Positions 18,737 through 28,916 are shown, numbered from the stretch's first letter. The stretch is 64,000 nt of DNA from Candidatus Hydrothermales bacterium (GCA_039630575.1 JBCNUW010000005.1:1-64000), one strand, 5' to 3'. The notes: generated by a model from the letters alone, not told the origin. Numbers and translations: made by a program.

Positions 18737-20043
18737 AGAGACTTTTCTTAATATTTCCATTTATTTTCTTATATTGTAAAAAAAGAGAAGCAGCGTATTT
18801 TAAATTACCTGGAAATTTTTATTTATCTAATTACAGTACAATGCAACTTGCCGGTAATTTTCAGGGATGGAATTTGAGTGATGTAAATTCTTATATGGAA
18901 CTTGTTGACGATTTTAAATGGGAGATCGTGAAAAAATTCAAATATAAAAAAAACATAATGTTTAAATTTGTTCCAAATCAAAAATGGGATCCCTCTTTTG
19001 GTACATCCTGGGAAGATACTTCTCTCTATGGAAGAGTGGAGCTTGTTTCTGGTGAGGGTACTCATATATCTGCAAGTTTACCAATTGAGGGTTACTATAA
19101 ATTTACATTAATTGAAGACTCTTTATATTATAGGATTACTAAATTAAGTGGAACTGGAACAATAAAAGGTAAAGTAGAATTTGAAGATATAAAGGGAGCT
19201 CCCTATCCAATTTCAAAAGTTTATCTTTACTATAAGGGTTCAGATACCCTTTTAAGAGTATTTACCACTACTCAAAATGATAACTCCTTTGAATTTCAAG
19301 ATTTAGTTGAAGATTCCTTCACTTTAATTTCAAGCTCGCAAAATTACTATTCAGATACTACTTTTTTATTTTTAAACTTTGGGAGTATAAAAAGTGTTAA
19401 CTTTAATTTAAGAAAAAGTTTTGAAAGAGTTCCTATAATAATTGACGGAGAAAATGATTTTTTACCTACAGATCTTGTAGGTGTAGATCCTACTTCTGAT
19501 ATTTCAGAACCTAATCTTGATCTTGACTCTCTTTGGGCTGTCCATATAAATGATAAATGGTATGTAGGTTTTAATGTAAAGTCAGGACCTAACTATGGTC
19601 TTGCTTTTGGTATTTATATTTTTACAAACTCTATTAGTCCCTCCGGTGCAAGTAGGGATCCATGGAATAGAAAAGTTGCTGTTGGTGACAGCTTAAATCC
19701 ATTTTATCCTAAATATATACTGTATGTTTGGCATCCTGAGTCAGATATATTGGAAAAAGCTCAGTTATGTGTTTGGAGTGGAACAAGTTGGATTTATAAG
19801 GTATTGGAAGATAAGGGTGGAGAACAAGGTTACAGGTCTCGTAAATTTCTGGAATTTTCAATACCTGACTCTTTACTTTCAAATCCTGATTCCATATTTA
19901 TAGAGGTATTTACAACAGGAGGTGAAAATACCCATGCTCAGGATACCTCACCTTTAGATCCTAACGTAAATTTTTCGTCTCCTGACTGGACAATTAAGTT
20001 TACATATCTTTCGAGATTTGTCAAGGTTATAAAGAGATTTTAG
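18733..20043 (+). CDS. Putative lipoprotein with SusE/F-like starch-binding and beta-sandwich domains
   Basis: Lipobox-like IFLYC; MQLAGNFQGWN...MELVDDFKW...FKFVPNQKWDPSFG...GYYKFT; then a GTIKGKV beta-sandwich and an IDG..DF-type domain. Confidence 0.65.
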   Translation: MKRLFLIFPFIFLYCKKREAAYFKLPGNFYLSNYSTMQLAGNFQGWNLSDVNSYMELVDDFKWEIVKKFKYKKNIMFKFVPNQKWDPSFGTSWEDTSLYGRVELVSGEGTHISASLPIEGYYKFTLIEDSLYYRITKLSGTGTIKGKVEFEDIKGAPYPISKVYLYYKGSDTLLRVFTTTQNDNSFEFQDLVEDSFTLISSSQNYYSDTTFLFLNFGSIKSVNFNLRKSFERVPIIIDGENDFLPTDLVGVDPTSDISEPNLDLDSLWAVHINDKWYVGFNVKSGPNYGLAFGIYIFTNSISPSGASRDPWNRKVAVGDSLNPFYPKYILYVWHPESDILEKAQLCVWSGTSWIYKVLEDKGGEQGYRSRKFLEFSIPDSLLSNPDSIFIEVFTTGGENTHAQDTSPLDPNVNFSSPDWTIKFTYLSRFVKVIKRF

Positions 20044-20045
20044 TT

Positions 20046-20519
20046 TTGAAGCATTCCATAATAGTTGGTTTAGCCTTTGGTATGACTTCTGGAATTATAA
20101 CCACCATGGGACTTATGGTTGGACTTTTTTCAGGAACAAGTTCAAGACTTGCTGTTATTGGTGGTATTCTTACGGTGGCGATTGCAGATGCCTTTTCAGA
20201 TGCACTTGGAATTCATATTTCTGAAGAGTCAGAAAATGTGCATTCAAATAAGGAAATATGGATTTCAACAATATCAACTTTTTTAGCTAAGTTTATTTTT
20301 GCATCAACTTTTATAATCCCTGTTATTTTTCTTAGGATAAATCTTGCAATTATTGTTAACATTTTATGGGGATTTTTGATTTTAGGTGTTTCAAGTTATA
20401 TTTTGTCTGTGGCTCAATCAAAAAACCCCTTTAAGGTTATTTTTGAACACTTAATTATAGCTGCATCAGTAATTTTACTTTCTCATTTTGTAGGAGTGTT
20501 AATCTCTTATTTTTTTTAG
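20046..20519 (+). CDS. VIT1/CCC1-like membrane protein
   Basis: FGMTSGIITTMGLMVG, AIADAFSDALGIHISEESE; about 5 TM segments. Confidence 0.75.
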   Translation: MKHSIIVGLAFGMTSGIITTMGLMVGLFSGTSSRLAVIGGILTVAIADAFSDALGIHISEESENVHSNKEIWISTISTFLAKFIFASTFIIPVIFLRINLAIIVNILWGFLILGVSSYILSVAQSKNPFKVIFEHLIIAASVILLSHFVGVLISYFF

Positions 20520-20522
20520 TTA

Positions 20523-22154
20523 ATGAGATTTTTAAAAAATTATCTATTTTATTTTTTTGTTTTTATCTTTATACTGCTTATTAAATTTTTAAAAGTTGAA
20601 GTTGTTAAAAGTTTTTTAAGTGTTTTACCTCCACTTCTTGCAGTTATTCTTGCAATTTTTACAAGGAAACTTATTTTAAGTTTATTTTTCTCTATTTTTA
20701 TAGGTGGCTTACTTCTTTCTAATTTAGAAAATTTTCTTTTTAAGTCGTTAAGTTTTATTGCTACTTCAATATCTGATTTCACAAACATTCAGATACTTTT
20801 ATTTGTTGTTTTTATTATGTCAATGATAACTCTTATAACAGCTTCCGGTGGATTCACCTCACTTGTTAAATTTTTAATGAAGTTTGCAAGCACAAGAAGA
20901 AGGGCACAATTTATAACCGTGCTTCTTGGTTTTTTAGTATTTATTGATGATTATGCTAATACAATGGTTGTTGGAACCTCCGCAAGACCAATAACAGATA
21001 AGTTCAGAATATCAAGAGAGAAACTCGCTTTCCTCGTTGATGCTACTTCAGCTCCTGTTGCTGGTCTTTCTATTATAAGTACTTGGATAGGTTATGAAGT
21101 TGGACTGTTTAATGAATTTGCTAAAACTTTTAATATTTCTAAGGATGGTTATTCAATTTTTTTTGACATATTAAAGTTCAGATTCTATTGTATTTTTCTT
21201 TTAATCTTTGTTTTCTTTTTAACACTTTTTGGAAAAGATTTTGGCTACATGAAAAAAGCGGAAGAAAGGGCAAAAAATGAGGGAAAACTACTAAATGATA
21301 ATGCAAATCCCCTTTCTTCAAAGGGATTTGAAAAAATAAAAGAAGATGTTGAGGCAAAGTCTTCAGTTTTAGTTTTTATTATTCCTGTCCTCATATTATT
21401 TTTAGCACTTTTTACTGGGTTATGGGTTGATGGCAACGGTTTCAAATTTATTAGGGAAAATTTTTTTAATATTTTAAATCCCTCTGTTTGGCTAAGGGTT
21501 TTGGCTAACTCTAAAAATAACATCTCTGTACTTGCTATTAGTTCCTTTTTAGGTCTCCTTTCAACACTTATAGTTTCTAAAATAAAGTCAGGATTAAATT
21601 TTAAAAAGATTTTCTATTATTCCTATAAAGGTGCTTTTTTTTCTTATTTACCAATAACTATTTTAGTTCTTGCATGGTCTTTGAAAAATGTATGTGTTGA
21701 GTTAAAAACTGCTGAATACTTAATAGATCTATTAAAAGGAGTAATACCTCCTAAGATTTTTCCTGCTTTAACTTTTATAACAAGTTGTTTAGTTTCTTTT
21801 GCAACTGGTACAAGTTGGGGAACAATGGCAATCATAATTCCTATAGCTGGTCCAGTTGCTTTTGGTCTTGAGGGGGATACCTACGGTTATATTACAATCA
21901 TTACTTTGGCATCCGTTCTTGATGGTGCAATATTTGGTGATCACTGTTCCCCAATTTCTGATACTACCATAATGAGTTCTATCTTTTCTTCCTGTGATCA
22001 TATAGATCATGTAAAAACCCAACTGCCATATAGTGTTTTTGTTGCAACTTTTGCGTTAACATTTGGATATTTACTTTCTGTTTTAGACTTTCCACCCCTT
22101 CTTTCAACTCTCATCTTTTCTTTTTTGGTTTTTATTCTACTTAAAGTCTTATAG
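20523..22154 (+). CDS. NhaC-family Na+/H+ antiporter or amino-acid transporter
   Basis: FIDDYAN, SREKLAFLVDATSAP, SFATGTSWGT, GAIFGDHCSPISDTTIMSS, DHVKTQLPY. Confidence 0.9.
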   Translation: MRFLKNYLFYFFVFIFILLIKFLKVEVVKSFLSVLPPLLAVILAIFTRKLILSLFFSIFIGGLLLSNLENFLFKSLSFIATSISDFTNIQILLFVVFIMSMITLITASGGFTSLVKFLMKFASTRRRAQFITVLLGFLVFIDDYANTMVVGTSARPITDKFRISREKLAFLVDATSAPVAGLSIISTWIGYEVGLFNEFAKTFNISKDGYSIFFDILKFRFYCIFLLIFVFFLTLFGKDFGYMKKAEERAKNEGKLLNDNANPLSSKGFEKIKEDVEAKSSVLVFIIPVLILFLALFTGLWVDGNGFKFIRENFFNILNPSVWLRVLANSKNNISVLAISSFLGLLSTLIVSKIKSGLNFKKIFYYSYKGAFFSYLPITILVLAWSLKNVCVELKTAEYLIDLLKGVIPPKIFPALTFITSCLVSFATGTSWGTMAIIIPIAGPVAFGLEGDTYGYITIITLASVLDGAIFGDHCSPISDTTIMSSIFSSCDHIDHVKTQLPYSVFVATFALTFGYLLSVLDFPPLLSTLIFSFLVFILLKVL

Positions 22155-22168
22155 AAATTGCTTAAAAG

Positions 22169-22990
22169 TTATCCACCTGTTGTTTCTTCAATTTTCCCTT
22201 TTCTCCTTGCAAGTTGTTCTGTTATGTTGAAAATTTTGATTGATAAGATGAAAAATAAAAATGAAAGTATGAGAAAATTTATAAGTAGTTTGTTCGGGTC
22301 AAATGTGTTTTGAGAAAGAAAATTTATTCCAAGGTTTTTTCTAATTCCATCGAGCCAAATAGTAATCGGTGAGTAGGAGGCAATTAAATTAAGTGGAAAT
22401 GGTAAAAGCTTAACAGGGAAAACTACTCCTGAAATGAGAAAAAGTGCACTTGTAAAGAACTCTTGTAAAAAGAAAGCATATCTTGGATATAATAGCAAAA
22501 GGGAACCAAATAAAAGACCCGTTGAAAAGAATAAAGGAATTGAAGAAATAAAATAGATTATAAATAAAATTTTTAAAGAAAAATTTATAGTAAAAAGGAG
22601 TTTACCACTTATTAAAAGAATTGTCACTGAAAATAGTGAGAGAATAAAATAAGCGAAAAATCTTCCGAAAAGATTTAGGACATAAGAGTAAGGAAGTATG
22701 ATCATGTATTTTAAAGTTTCATAAAATTCTCTATCTGAAAGAATACTCCATGAAATACCTAAAGTTGAGCTTTGGACAAAAGTCCAGAAAACTGTTCCAA
22801 CGTATATGAACGGAAAAAAGGGATTTTTAAAATCAAAACCTAACACAGCTTTGTACATAAACAATACAAGAATAACAGAGGAAAAGGGTTTTATTGCATG
22901 GTAAAATAGAAACCAGAATGGTCTTGTCCAATTGGATTCAACCTTAAGGGCTAATAAAAAAGCAGAAAGGAAAAATTTTGCTATTGCCAT
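22169..22990 (-). CDS. ABC-2 type exporter permease
   Basis: Six-TM pattern, SGVVFPVKLLP...PIT; adjacent to a second permease and an ATPase. Confidence 0.85.
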   Translation of the reverse strand: MAIAKFFLSAFLLALKVESNWTRPFWFLFYHAIKPFSSVILVLFMYKAVLGFDFKNPFFPFIYVGTVFWTFVQSSTLGISWSILSDREFYETLKYMIILPYSYVLNLFGRFFAYFILSLFSVTILLISGKLLFTINFSLKILFIIYFISSIPLFFSTGLLFGSLLLLYPRYAFFLQEFFTSALFLISGVVFPVKLLPFPLNLIASYSPITIWLDGIRKNLGINFLSQNTFDPNKLLINFLILSFLFFILSIKIFNITEQLARRKGKIEETTGG

Positions 22991-23808
22991 CTCTCAATAA
23001 GAGTACCTTTTTTTCTTGCAACTTCTTCCATTTTTTTTAAAGAAAGGTAAGATAAAAAAATGAAAATAATTGACAAAAATGTAAGAATAATTAATTCTAA
23101 ATAGACATTTAAAAGACCTTCTGCTTCTTTTCCATAAAAACACTGTCGCATAGCATCAAGTCCCAAAGTTAAAGGTATAAGAGAAAAAATTATAACAATA
23201 AAAATTGGTAAAACCCTTATAGGGTAATATAAACCAGAAAAAGCATAAATTGGTTCTTGGAATAAACTAGAAAGGTGCCAAGCTTCTCTTCCCCAAAGTA
23301 GATATAAGGAGGAGAATGCCATACCAAGCCCATAAAGCCCAAAAAGAGTAATAAAAAAAGTTAAAAAAATAAGTAAAGGATTAAAGTATTTTAATGGTGT
23401 TTTAAAGACAAAAAAAGCCAAAAAAAGGACAAAGGAAGATCTAAGAAGAATCATATATATACCACCAAATGACATTCCTATAAGAATTGCCATTTTTGAA
23501 CATGGAGCAATTATGAAGTATCTAAGATTACCTGAAAGTTTTTCCCAATAAAGTTGGGAGGCAATACTCCAAAGAACGTTGATCCAGAATGCAAGTATAA
23601 AGCTACCAATTATTACAAAACCTTCATATATTTTTTTGGCTCCAAGGTTTCTATAAAGGTATACATAAGATGCCAGGGATATAATTCCTGTTAGACCGTT
23701 TAGAAAAATCCAAGAACCTTCCCTATGTGTAGCAACAATTCTTACATAGGCCCTTGCAATTAATGTTCTTAAATTAATTGAAAAAGATTCCTTAAATTTT
23801 TTTATCAT
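22981..23808 (-). CDS. ABC-2 type exporter permease
   Basis: EKLSGNL, FSGLYYPIRVLP, IPLTLGLDAMR. Confidence 0.85.
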   Translation of the reverse strand: MIKKFKESFSINLRTLIARAYVRIVATHREGSWIFLNGLTGIISLASYVYLYRNLGAKKIYEGFVIIGSFILAFWINVLWSIASQLYWEKLSGNLRYFIIAPCSKMAILIGMSFGGIYMILLRSSFVLFLAFFVFKTPLKYFNPLLIFLTFFITLFGLYGLGMAFSSLYLLWGREAWHLSSLFQEPIYAFSGLYYPIRVLPIFIVIIFSLIPLTLGLDAMRQCFYGKEAEGLLNVYLELIILTFLSIIFIFLSYLSLKKMEEVARKKGTLIERWQ

Positions 23809-24770
23809 TCTCTTTCAACTTCTTCAAAGCTTTTACCTACAAGCTTCACAAAAACTTCCTCTAAGGTTGGCTCAATCTTTTTAAAAGATATTATTTCGGT
23901 ATTATCCTTTCTTATTTCCTTTATTAACTTTTCAAAAGGGATATTTTTTGGTGCCCTTATTTTTATATAAAACCTTTCACCCTCAAGTCTTTTTTTCTCA
24001 AGAATATAAAAATCATCTATCTTTTTTGTTTCATACTCTTTTGCCTTTATTTCAAACTCGTAAATGTCCTCCTTTTTCACTAAATCCTTTAACCCTTTTG
24101 GGGTATCACAAGCGAAAATCTCTCCCTTGTTTATAATCGCTATTCTATCACAAAGTTCTTCAGCTTCATACATGTTATGAGTTGTAAGTAAAATTGTTTT
24201 GCCTTCTTTCTCCTTCACCCACCTTTTTATAAATTTTCTTACATTTATACTTGACTCAACATCTAAACCCATTGTCGGTTCGTCAAGAAAAATGCAGTCA
24301 GGATTGTTGATAAAACCCCTTGCTATGTTCATCCTTTGTCTTAATCCTGTTGAGAGTCTTGATACCCTTTTTTGAAGATGTGGCCCTAAATCAAGAAGAT
24401 CTGAAAGTTCTGATATTCTTTTTCTTGTTTCTTTTAAAGGAAGTCCATAGAATTGTGAGAATAAATATAGTGTTTCTTGAACAGTTAAAATCCCGTAACC
24501 CACTTCTTCCCCCCCAGATACCATGTTTATTCTCTTTCTGATTTCTCTATATTCTTTTTCTACATCATATCCTAAAACATAAGCCTTTCCTGAAGTTGGC
24601 AAAAGTAAAGTTGTTAGAATTCTTATGAGAGTTGTTTTGCCTGCTCCATTGGGTCCTAAAAGTCCAAAAATTTCCCCTTCATTAACTTTTATTGATACTC
24701 CGTTTAGGGCACATATTTTCCCATAAAATCTTTTTAAATCAACTGTTTTTATAGGATAATCTATTCCCAT
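23805..24770 (-). CDS. ABC transporter ATP-binding protein
   Basis: GPNGAGKTT, LSTGLRQR, FLDEPT, LLTTH. Likely start ATG 24770 (MGIDYP, SD-like AAAGGT) rather than 24803. Confidence 0.92.
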   Translation of the reverse strand: MGIDYPIKTVDLKRFYGKICALNGVSIKVNEGEIFGLLGPNGAGKTTLIRILTTLLLPTSGKAYVLGYDVEKEYREIRKRINMVSGGEEVGYGILTVQETLYLFSQFYGLPLKETRKRISELSDLLDLGPHLQKRVSRLSTGLRQRMNIARGFINNPDCIFLDEPTMGLDVESSINVRKFIKRWVKEKEGKTILLTTHNMYEAEELCDRIAIINKGEIFACDTPKGLKDLVKKEDIYEFEIKAKEYETKKIDDFYILEKKRLEGERFYIKIRAPKNIPFEKLIKEIRKDNTEIISFKKIEPTLEEVFVKLVGKSFEEVERE

Positions 24771-25807
24771 ATACCTTTTATCTCTGCTTTGCATCTTATA
24801 CATTTCCCATCTTTTATTTTATTTTCAATAACAAAAAACATGTCCCTTTTTATTAATAGCTCATTACATTCTGGACAATAGGTACTTTCAAGTTCTGGAA
24901 ATCCAAAAAGATTTCCACCATAGACAAACTTTAAGCCTTCCGTTAATCCTATCTCTCTTGCTCTTATAATTTTTCTTACCTCTGTCTTTTTTCTATCTCT
25001 CATTTTATAATCTGGATGAAAGGCTGTTATGTGCCACGGTATGTAAGGTGACAGGCTCTTTATGAATTTTGCCATTTCCTTTAATTCATCCTCAGAATCG
25101 TTATAATTTGGGACTAAGAGTGTGACTATTTCAAGCCATAAACCCTTTTTAAATACTTTTTCAATTCCTTCAAGCACAAATTTTAATTTTCCCCCCAAAA
25201 TTCTATAATTTTCTTCTTTAAAACTTTTTAAATCAATTTTATAAGTATCTAAATAACCTTCAAGATAGTCTAAAACTTCATCAGTTAGATATCCGTTAGA
25301 AACATAACCTGTTTTAAGTCCCTTCTCTTTTGCTAATTTAAAAATTTCTTTCGCCCATTCGGTTGTTATTAATGGCTCATTATAAGAAGATATTATACTT
25401 TTTGACCCTTTCTTAAAAGCAATTTCCACTATATCTGAAGGGTCAATTTCTTCATAATAAATTATTGAGTTTTTATCTTTGAAAGTTTGTGAAGTTATCC
25501 AGTTTTGACAGTATGGACAATGAAAATCACAACCAAGCATTCCAAAAGTTAAAGCGTAGCTACCAGGCAAAAAATGAAAAAAAGGTTTTTTCTCTATAGG
25601 GTCATTATTTAGACCAGATACATAATTAAAGGGAACATAAAGTTTTCCATTTATATTAAATCTAACCTTACAGATACCTCTTTTACCCTCAAAAATTACA
25701 CATCTATGTGCACAGGCTAAACACTTCACCTTTTTTCCATCTAAAATTTTGTATAGCTCTCCCTCTTTTACAAATTTATCTATTTCTATCATTTTGTTCT
25801 TTGTCAA
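24761..25807 (-). CDS. AmmeMemoRadiSam system radical SAM enzyme
   Basis: CLACAHRC, DPIEKKPFFHFLPG, CDFHCPYCQN (CxxxCxxC), SYNEP, PWHITAFHPDY, TYCPEC. Confidence 0.9.
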   Translation of the reverse strand: MTKNKMIEIDKFVKEGELYKILDGKKVKCLACAHRCVIFEGKRGICKVRFNINGKLYVPFNYVSGLNNDPIEKKPFFHFLPGSYALTFGMLGCDFHCPYCQNWITSQTFKDKNSIIYYEEIDPSDIVEIAFKKGSKSIISSYNEPLITTEWAKEIFKLAKEKGLKTGYVSNGYLTDEVLDYLEGYLDTYKIDLKSFKEENYRILGGKLKFVLEGIEKVFKKGLWLEIVTLLVPNYNDSEDELKEMAKFIKSLSPYIPWHITAFHPDYKMRDRKKTEVRKIIRAREIGLTEGLKFVYGGNLFGFPELESTYCPECNELLIKRDMFFVIENKIKDGKCIRCKAEIKGIWE

Positions 25808-25922
25808 TTTATGGGGTTGAACCCTTTAAGTTTTATCTAAAGTATGCTACTTTAAAAGGTTAAACGGTTTATTATATAATACTTTCTTATTTGGTTCTAT
25901 TCCACAAAAAATTCTTTAAAAA

Positions 25923-26405
25923 ATGAAAGTATTCGGAATTAAATATAGGAAAAAAGATTTTGAATTTGAGGTGTATGGTGATAGAGAGTTTGTTGAAAAA
26001 AAGTTCAGCGAACTTTATAAAACTTTTGTTGAAAAGAGGGAAACATATCTTGCAAAGGAATTCATTAAATTAAAGAAGCCTCTTGAAGGGATGTTTGAGA
26101 TTGATTCAGAAAAGGTCAAATCTTTCTTTAAAAATTATACAGCTAAAAATAATACACAAAGGATTATTCTTTCTGCAAAGTTCATTTATGAAGTTCTTCA
26201 AAAAAAATCTTTCTCTTTATTTGATATTAGGAATATCTATAAGATTATGAAATGGAAAATATCAAGAAATCCGTCAACCTTTATACAAAAATTTAAAAGG
26301 AAAAAATTTTTATATGTTTTGCCTCAAAAAAAGGGAGGCAGACCAATTTATGCACTTACAGAGAGCGGTTTAAGATTCGCTGATCAGTTTAAAAAAGTAT
26401 CCTAA
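25923..26405 (+). CDS. Hypothetical protein, possible C-terminal winged-helix
   Basis: 160-aa basic ORF; FEFEVYGDREFV at the N-terminus, C-terminal YALTESG typical of wHTH wings; ends 2 nt before rtcA. Confidence 0.6.
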   Translation: MKVFGIKYRKKDFEFEVYGDREFVEKKFSELYKTFVEKRETYLAKEFIKLKKPLEGMFEIDSEKVKSFFKNYTAKNNTQRIILSAKFIYEVLQKKSFSLFDIRNIYKIMKWKISRNPSTFIQKFKRKKFLYVLPQKKGGRPIYALTESGLRFADQFKKVS

Positions 26406-26407
26406 AT

Positions 26408-27421
26408 ATGATTAATATCGATGGTTCATACAAGGAAGGTGGCGGTCAAATTTTAAGAATCTCTATCTTCTTATCACTCTTAACTAATAAACCCTTTTAT
26501 ATATACAATATAAGAAAGGGAAGACCTAATCCAGGTCTTAAAAATCAGCATTTACACATATTAAAATGCATAAAGGAAATATCAGAATCTAAAGTCGAGG
26601 GAGATAGGTTAAATTCCTTGGAGGTAAGATTTTTTCCAGGTAAAGTTAAAGGTGGAAAAGTAAAAATTGATTTTCAGACTGCAGGTTCAATTCCATTGTT
26701 TTTACAGACAATATTTCCCGTTTCTCTTTTATCTATAAATCCAATATATCTTGAATTGGTTGGTGGCACTGATGTTCCAGGGGGACCTGTTTTTGATTAC
26801 TTTAGATATTTTGTTTTAGATATTTTCGATAATCTTTTAAAAGAAAAATATTTTTCAGTATTAAAAAGAGGTTACTACCCAAAGGGTGGAGGGATAGTAA
26901 AAATTAAATTACATGGAAAACTTGACAGAATTAATCTTGAGTTTGGGAATGGAGAGCTTGTTAAAATTAAGGGATTTTTATCAGGATCAAAATTGTTGGA
27001 GGATAGGAAAGTTCTTGAGAGGATGAAAGATGCTTTTTGTAAAAAGGTTAAGTCAATAAATGATAATTTTGAATTTGAACTAAATTACGAGGATTCTCCC
27101 TCACCAGGTTGTAGCTTTTTAGTTATTGGAATTTTTAAAGGAAGGAGAAAACTTGCTGCTGATATTTTGGGCAAAAGAGGAACGCCTGCTGAGGCACTTG
27201 GTGAAGAGCTTGCAGATAAATTTGTTCTTTTTTTAAAAAGGGGTGATTCTCCAGATCCACATCTTGCCGATCATCTTGTTCCTTTTTTTGCTCTTTATGG
27301 TGGTGAAGTTTATCAAAGAGAACCCACAGATCATTTTGAAACAGCAATTTGGACAACGAAGCATTTTTTAGACTTTAAAGTTGAAAGAAAAGAAAATATT
27401 TATAGATTTATTCCACTTTAA
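26408..27421 (+). CDS. rtcA: RNA 3'-terminal phosphate cyclase
   Basis: IDGSYKEGGGQILR, RPNPGLKNQHL, GYYPKGGG, DPHLADHL, TDH (catalytic His position). Confidence 0.94.
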   Translation: MINIDGSYKEGGGQILRISIFLSLLTNKPFYIYNIRKGRPNPGLKNQHLHILKCIKEISESKVEGDRLNSLEVRFFPGKVKGGKVKIDFQTAGSIPLFLQTIFPVSLLSINPIYLELVGGTDVPGGPVFDYFRYFVLDIFDNLLKEKYFSVLKRGYYPKGGGIVKIKLHGKLDRINLEFGNGELVKIKGFLSGSKLLEDRKVLERMKDAFCKKVKSINDNFEFELNYEDSPSPGCSFLVIGIFKGRRKLAADILGKRGTPAEALGEELADKFVLFLKRGDSPDPHLADHLVPFFALYGGEVYQREPTDHFETAIWTTKHFLDFKVERKENIYRFIPL

Positions 27422-28055
27422 CAAGTTCCCCCTTTTGTAAGTAAAAAATTTTTTTACTTTTTTTAAAAATTTCAGAGTTACTGTGACTTGATATAAAGAT
27501 AATTTTTTTATCTATATTTTCCAATATATAATTTTCGAGTATTTTAACTCCTTTTCTATCAAGTGAATTGAAGGGTTCATCTAGATACAGAAAAACAGGA
27601 TCGTGTAAAAGTGATTTTATCAATGAAATTCTCTGAATCTGGCCTCTTGAAAGTTCCTTCACTTTCTTATTTAAATAATCTTTTGTTTCAAAAATTTCTG
27701 AAAGTTCGAAAATTCTCTCCTTTTTAACATTATAAAATTTTGAGGAAAACTCAAGGTTCTCATAACTAGTTAAATCTGGATATAAAAGAGGATTATGGGA
27801 AATAAATCCTATATACTTTAGAAATTTTTCAGTTTTGTTATTAACTTTTTCACCATCATAAAAAATTTCCCCTTCAGATGGAAAAAGAATGAAGGAAAGT
27901 ATTTTAAAAAGTGTTGTTTTTCCTGCACCGTTGTCACCAATAAAAAGATAAAGGCCTTTTTCTTTTATTTCAAAACTTATATTTTTTAAAGCATAGTTTT
28001 TTTTAAAGATTTTCTTTAAGTTTATTACTCGGATACTACTTCCCTTTTGAGCCAT
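27408..28055 (-). CDS. ABC ATP-binding protein, CcmA-like
   Basis: GDNGAGKTT, LYPDLTSYENL, LSRGQIQR, LDEPF, SSH. Confidence 0.8.
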   Translation of the reverse strand: MAQKGSSIRVINLKKIFKKNYALKNISFEIKEKGLYLFIGDNGAGKTTLFKILSFILFPSEGEIFYDGEKVNNKTEKFLKYIGFISHNPLLYPDLTSYENLEFSSKFYNVKKERIFELSEIFETKDYLNKKVKELSRGQIQRISLIKSLLHDPVFLYLDEPFNSLDRKGVKILENYILENIDKKIIFISSHSNSEIFKKSKKIFYLQKGELVKVE

Positions 28056-28894
28056 CTTTTTCTAATTAAGGCTAAGAAAATGATTAATAAAACTATAAAA
28101 ATTAAAGGTGGAATAAATTCTTTAAACTTCCTTGCTTCTTTTAATTTTATTTCAAAGGAAAAAAAATCACCACTTTTCAAATTTTTGAAAGAATAGAGAA
28201 GGAAGTTGCCCTGTGTTGTGTTTATGTTTGTCTTTTCAAATTGACTTTTTGTTTTTAATTCGATCTCAGGGGGCATCATCACGAGTAATTCATTAACTGG
28301 GGTTGGCATTTTTCTTTCGTATTTTACCTTACCTAACGGAATGTGATAAAGTATTGAAATTGTCTTTAGACCTGGTTTAAAACCATCGGTATACAAAAAG
28401 GTATCTCCTTTAATCTTTAACTCAAATGGTAAAATCCCTTGAAGGGACAGTATATGTGTTGCCTTATCAGGCATATTTAACTCAAAAGTTTTTTTTACTA
28501 ACTTATCTGAAGTATTAAAAAAATTGTAAACTTCTACAACCTGTATTATTCCTTGCATTAAAACAAAGGCAATATGTGCCCTATTTAGGACTATTTTATC
28601 ACTTTTAGAGGTTGTATCGTATACTGATAATTTGATATTTTCAACATTCTCAAACAGAGGATCAGTTCTATAGCTTATACCTTGGAAGTTAGTTTTTAAA
28701 AGATAAATTCCCTTTTTATCTGTTTCTACAACAAATTTTCCGTTCGGATCTGTTTTAAGTTTAAGAGAATCAACTGGAGTAAGGTTTGAGTCAAGTTCAA
28801 CAAGAGTAAAAGTGTAATTTTTTAAAGGTATACTGTCTTTTAAAAGGATTTGACCTTTAAAGGTTAGGGAAAAAATTAAAATGGATATTTTCAT
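28025..28894 (-). CDS. Hypothetical exported protein with C-terminal membrane anchor
   Basis: Hydrophobic N-terminus, KTDPNGKF beta-sandwich motif, C-terminal TM followed by RKR. Confidence 0.65.
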   Translation of the reverse strand: MKISILIFSLTFKGQILLKDSIPLKNYTFTLVELDSNLTPVDSLKLKTDPNGKFVVETDKKGIYLLKTNFQGISYRTDPLFENVENIKLSVYDTTSKSDKIVLNRAHIAFVLMQGIIQVVEVYNFFNTSDKLVKKTFELNMPDKATHILSLQGILPFELKIKGDTFLYTDGFKPGLKTISILYHIPLGKVKYERKMPTPVNELLVMMPPEIELKTKSQFEKTNINTTQGNFLLYSFKNLKSGDFFSFEIKLKEARKFKEFIPPLIFIVLLIIFLALIRKRWLKREVVSE

Positions 28895-28916
28895 AGTTTA
28901 TGATAATTTATTTTCC

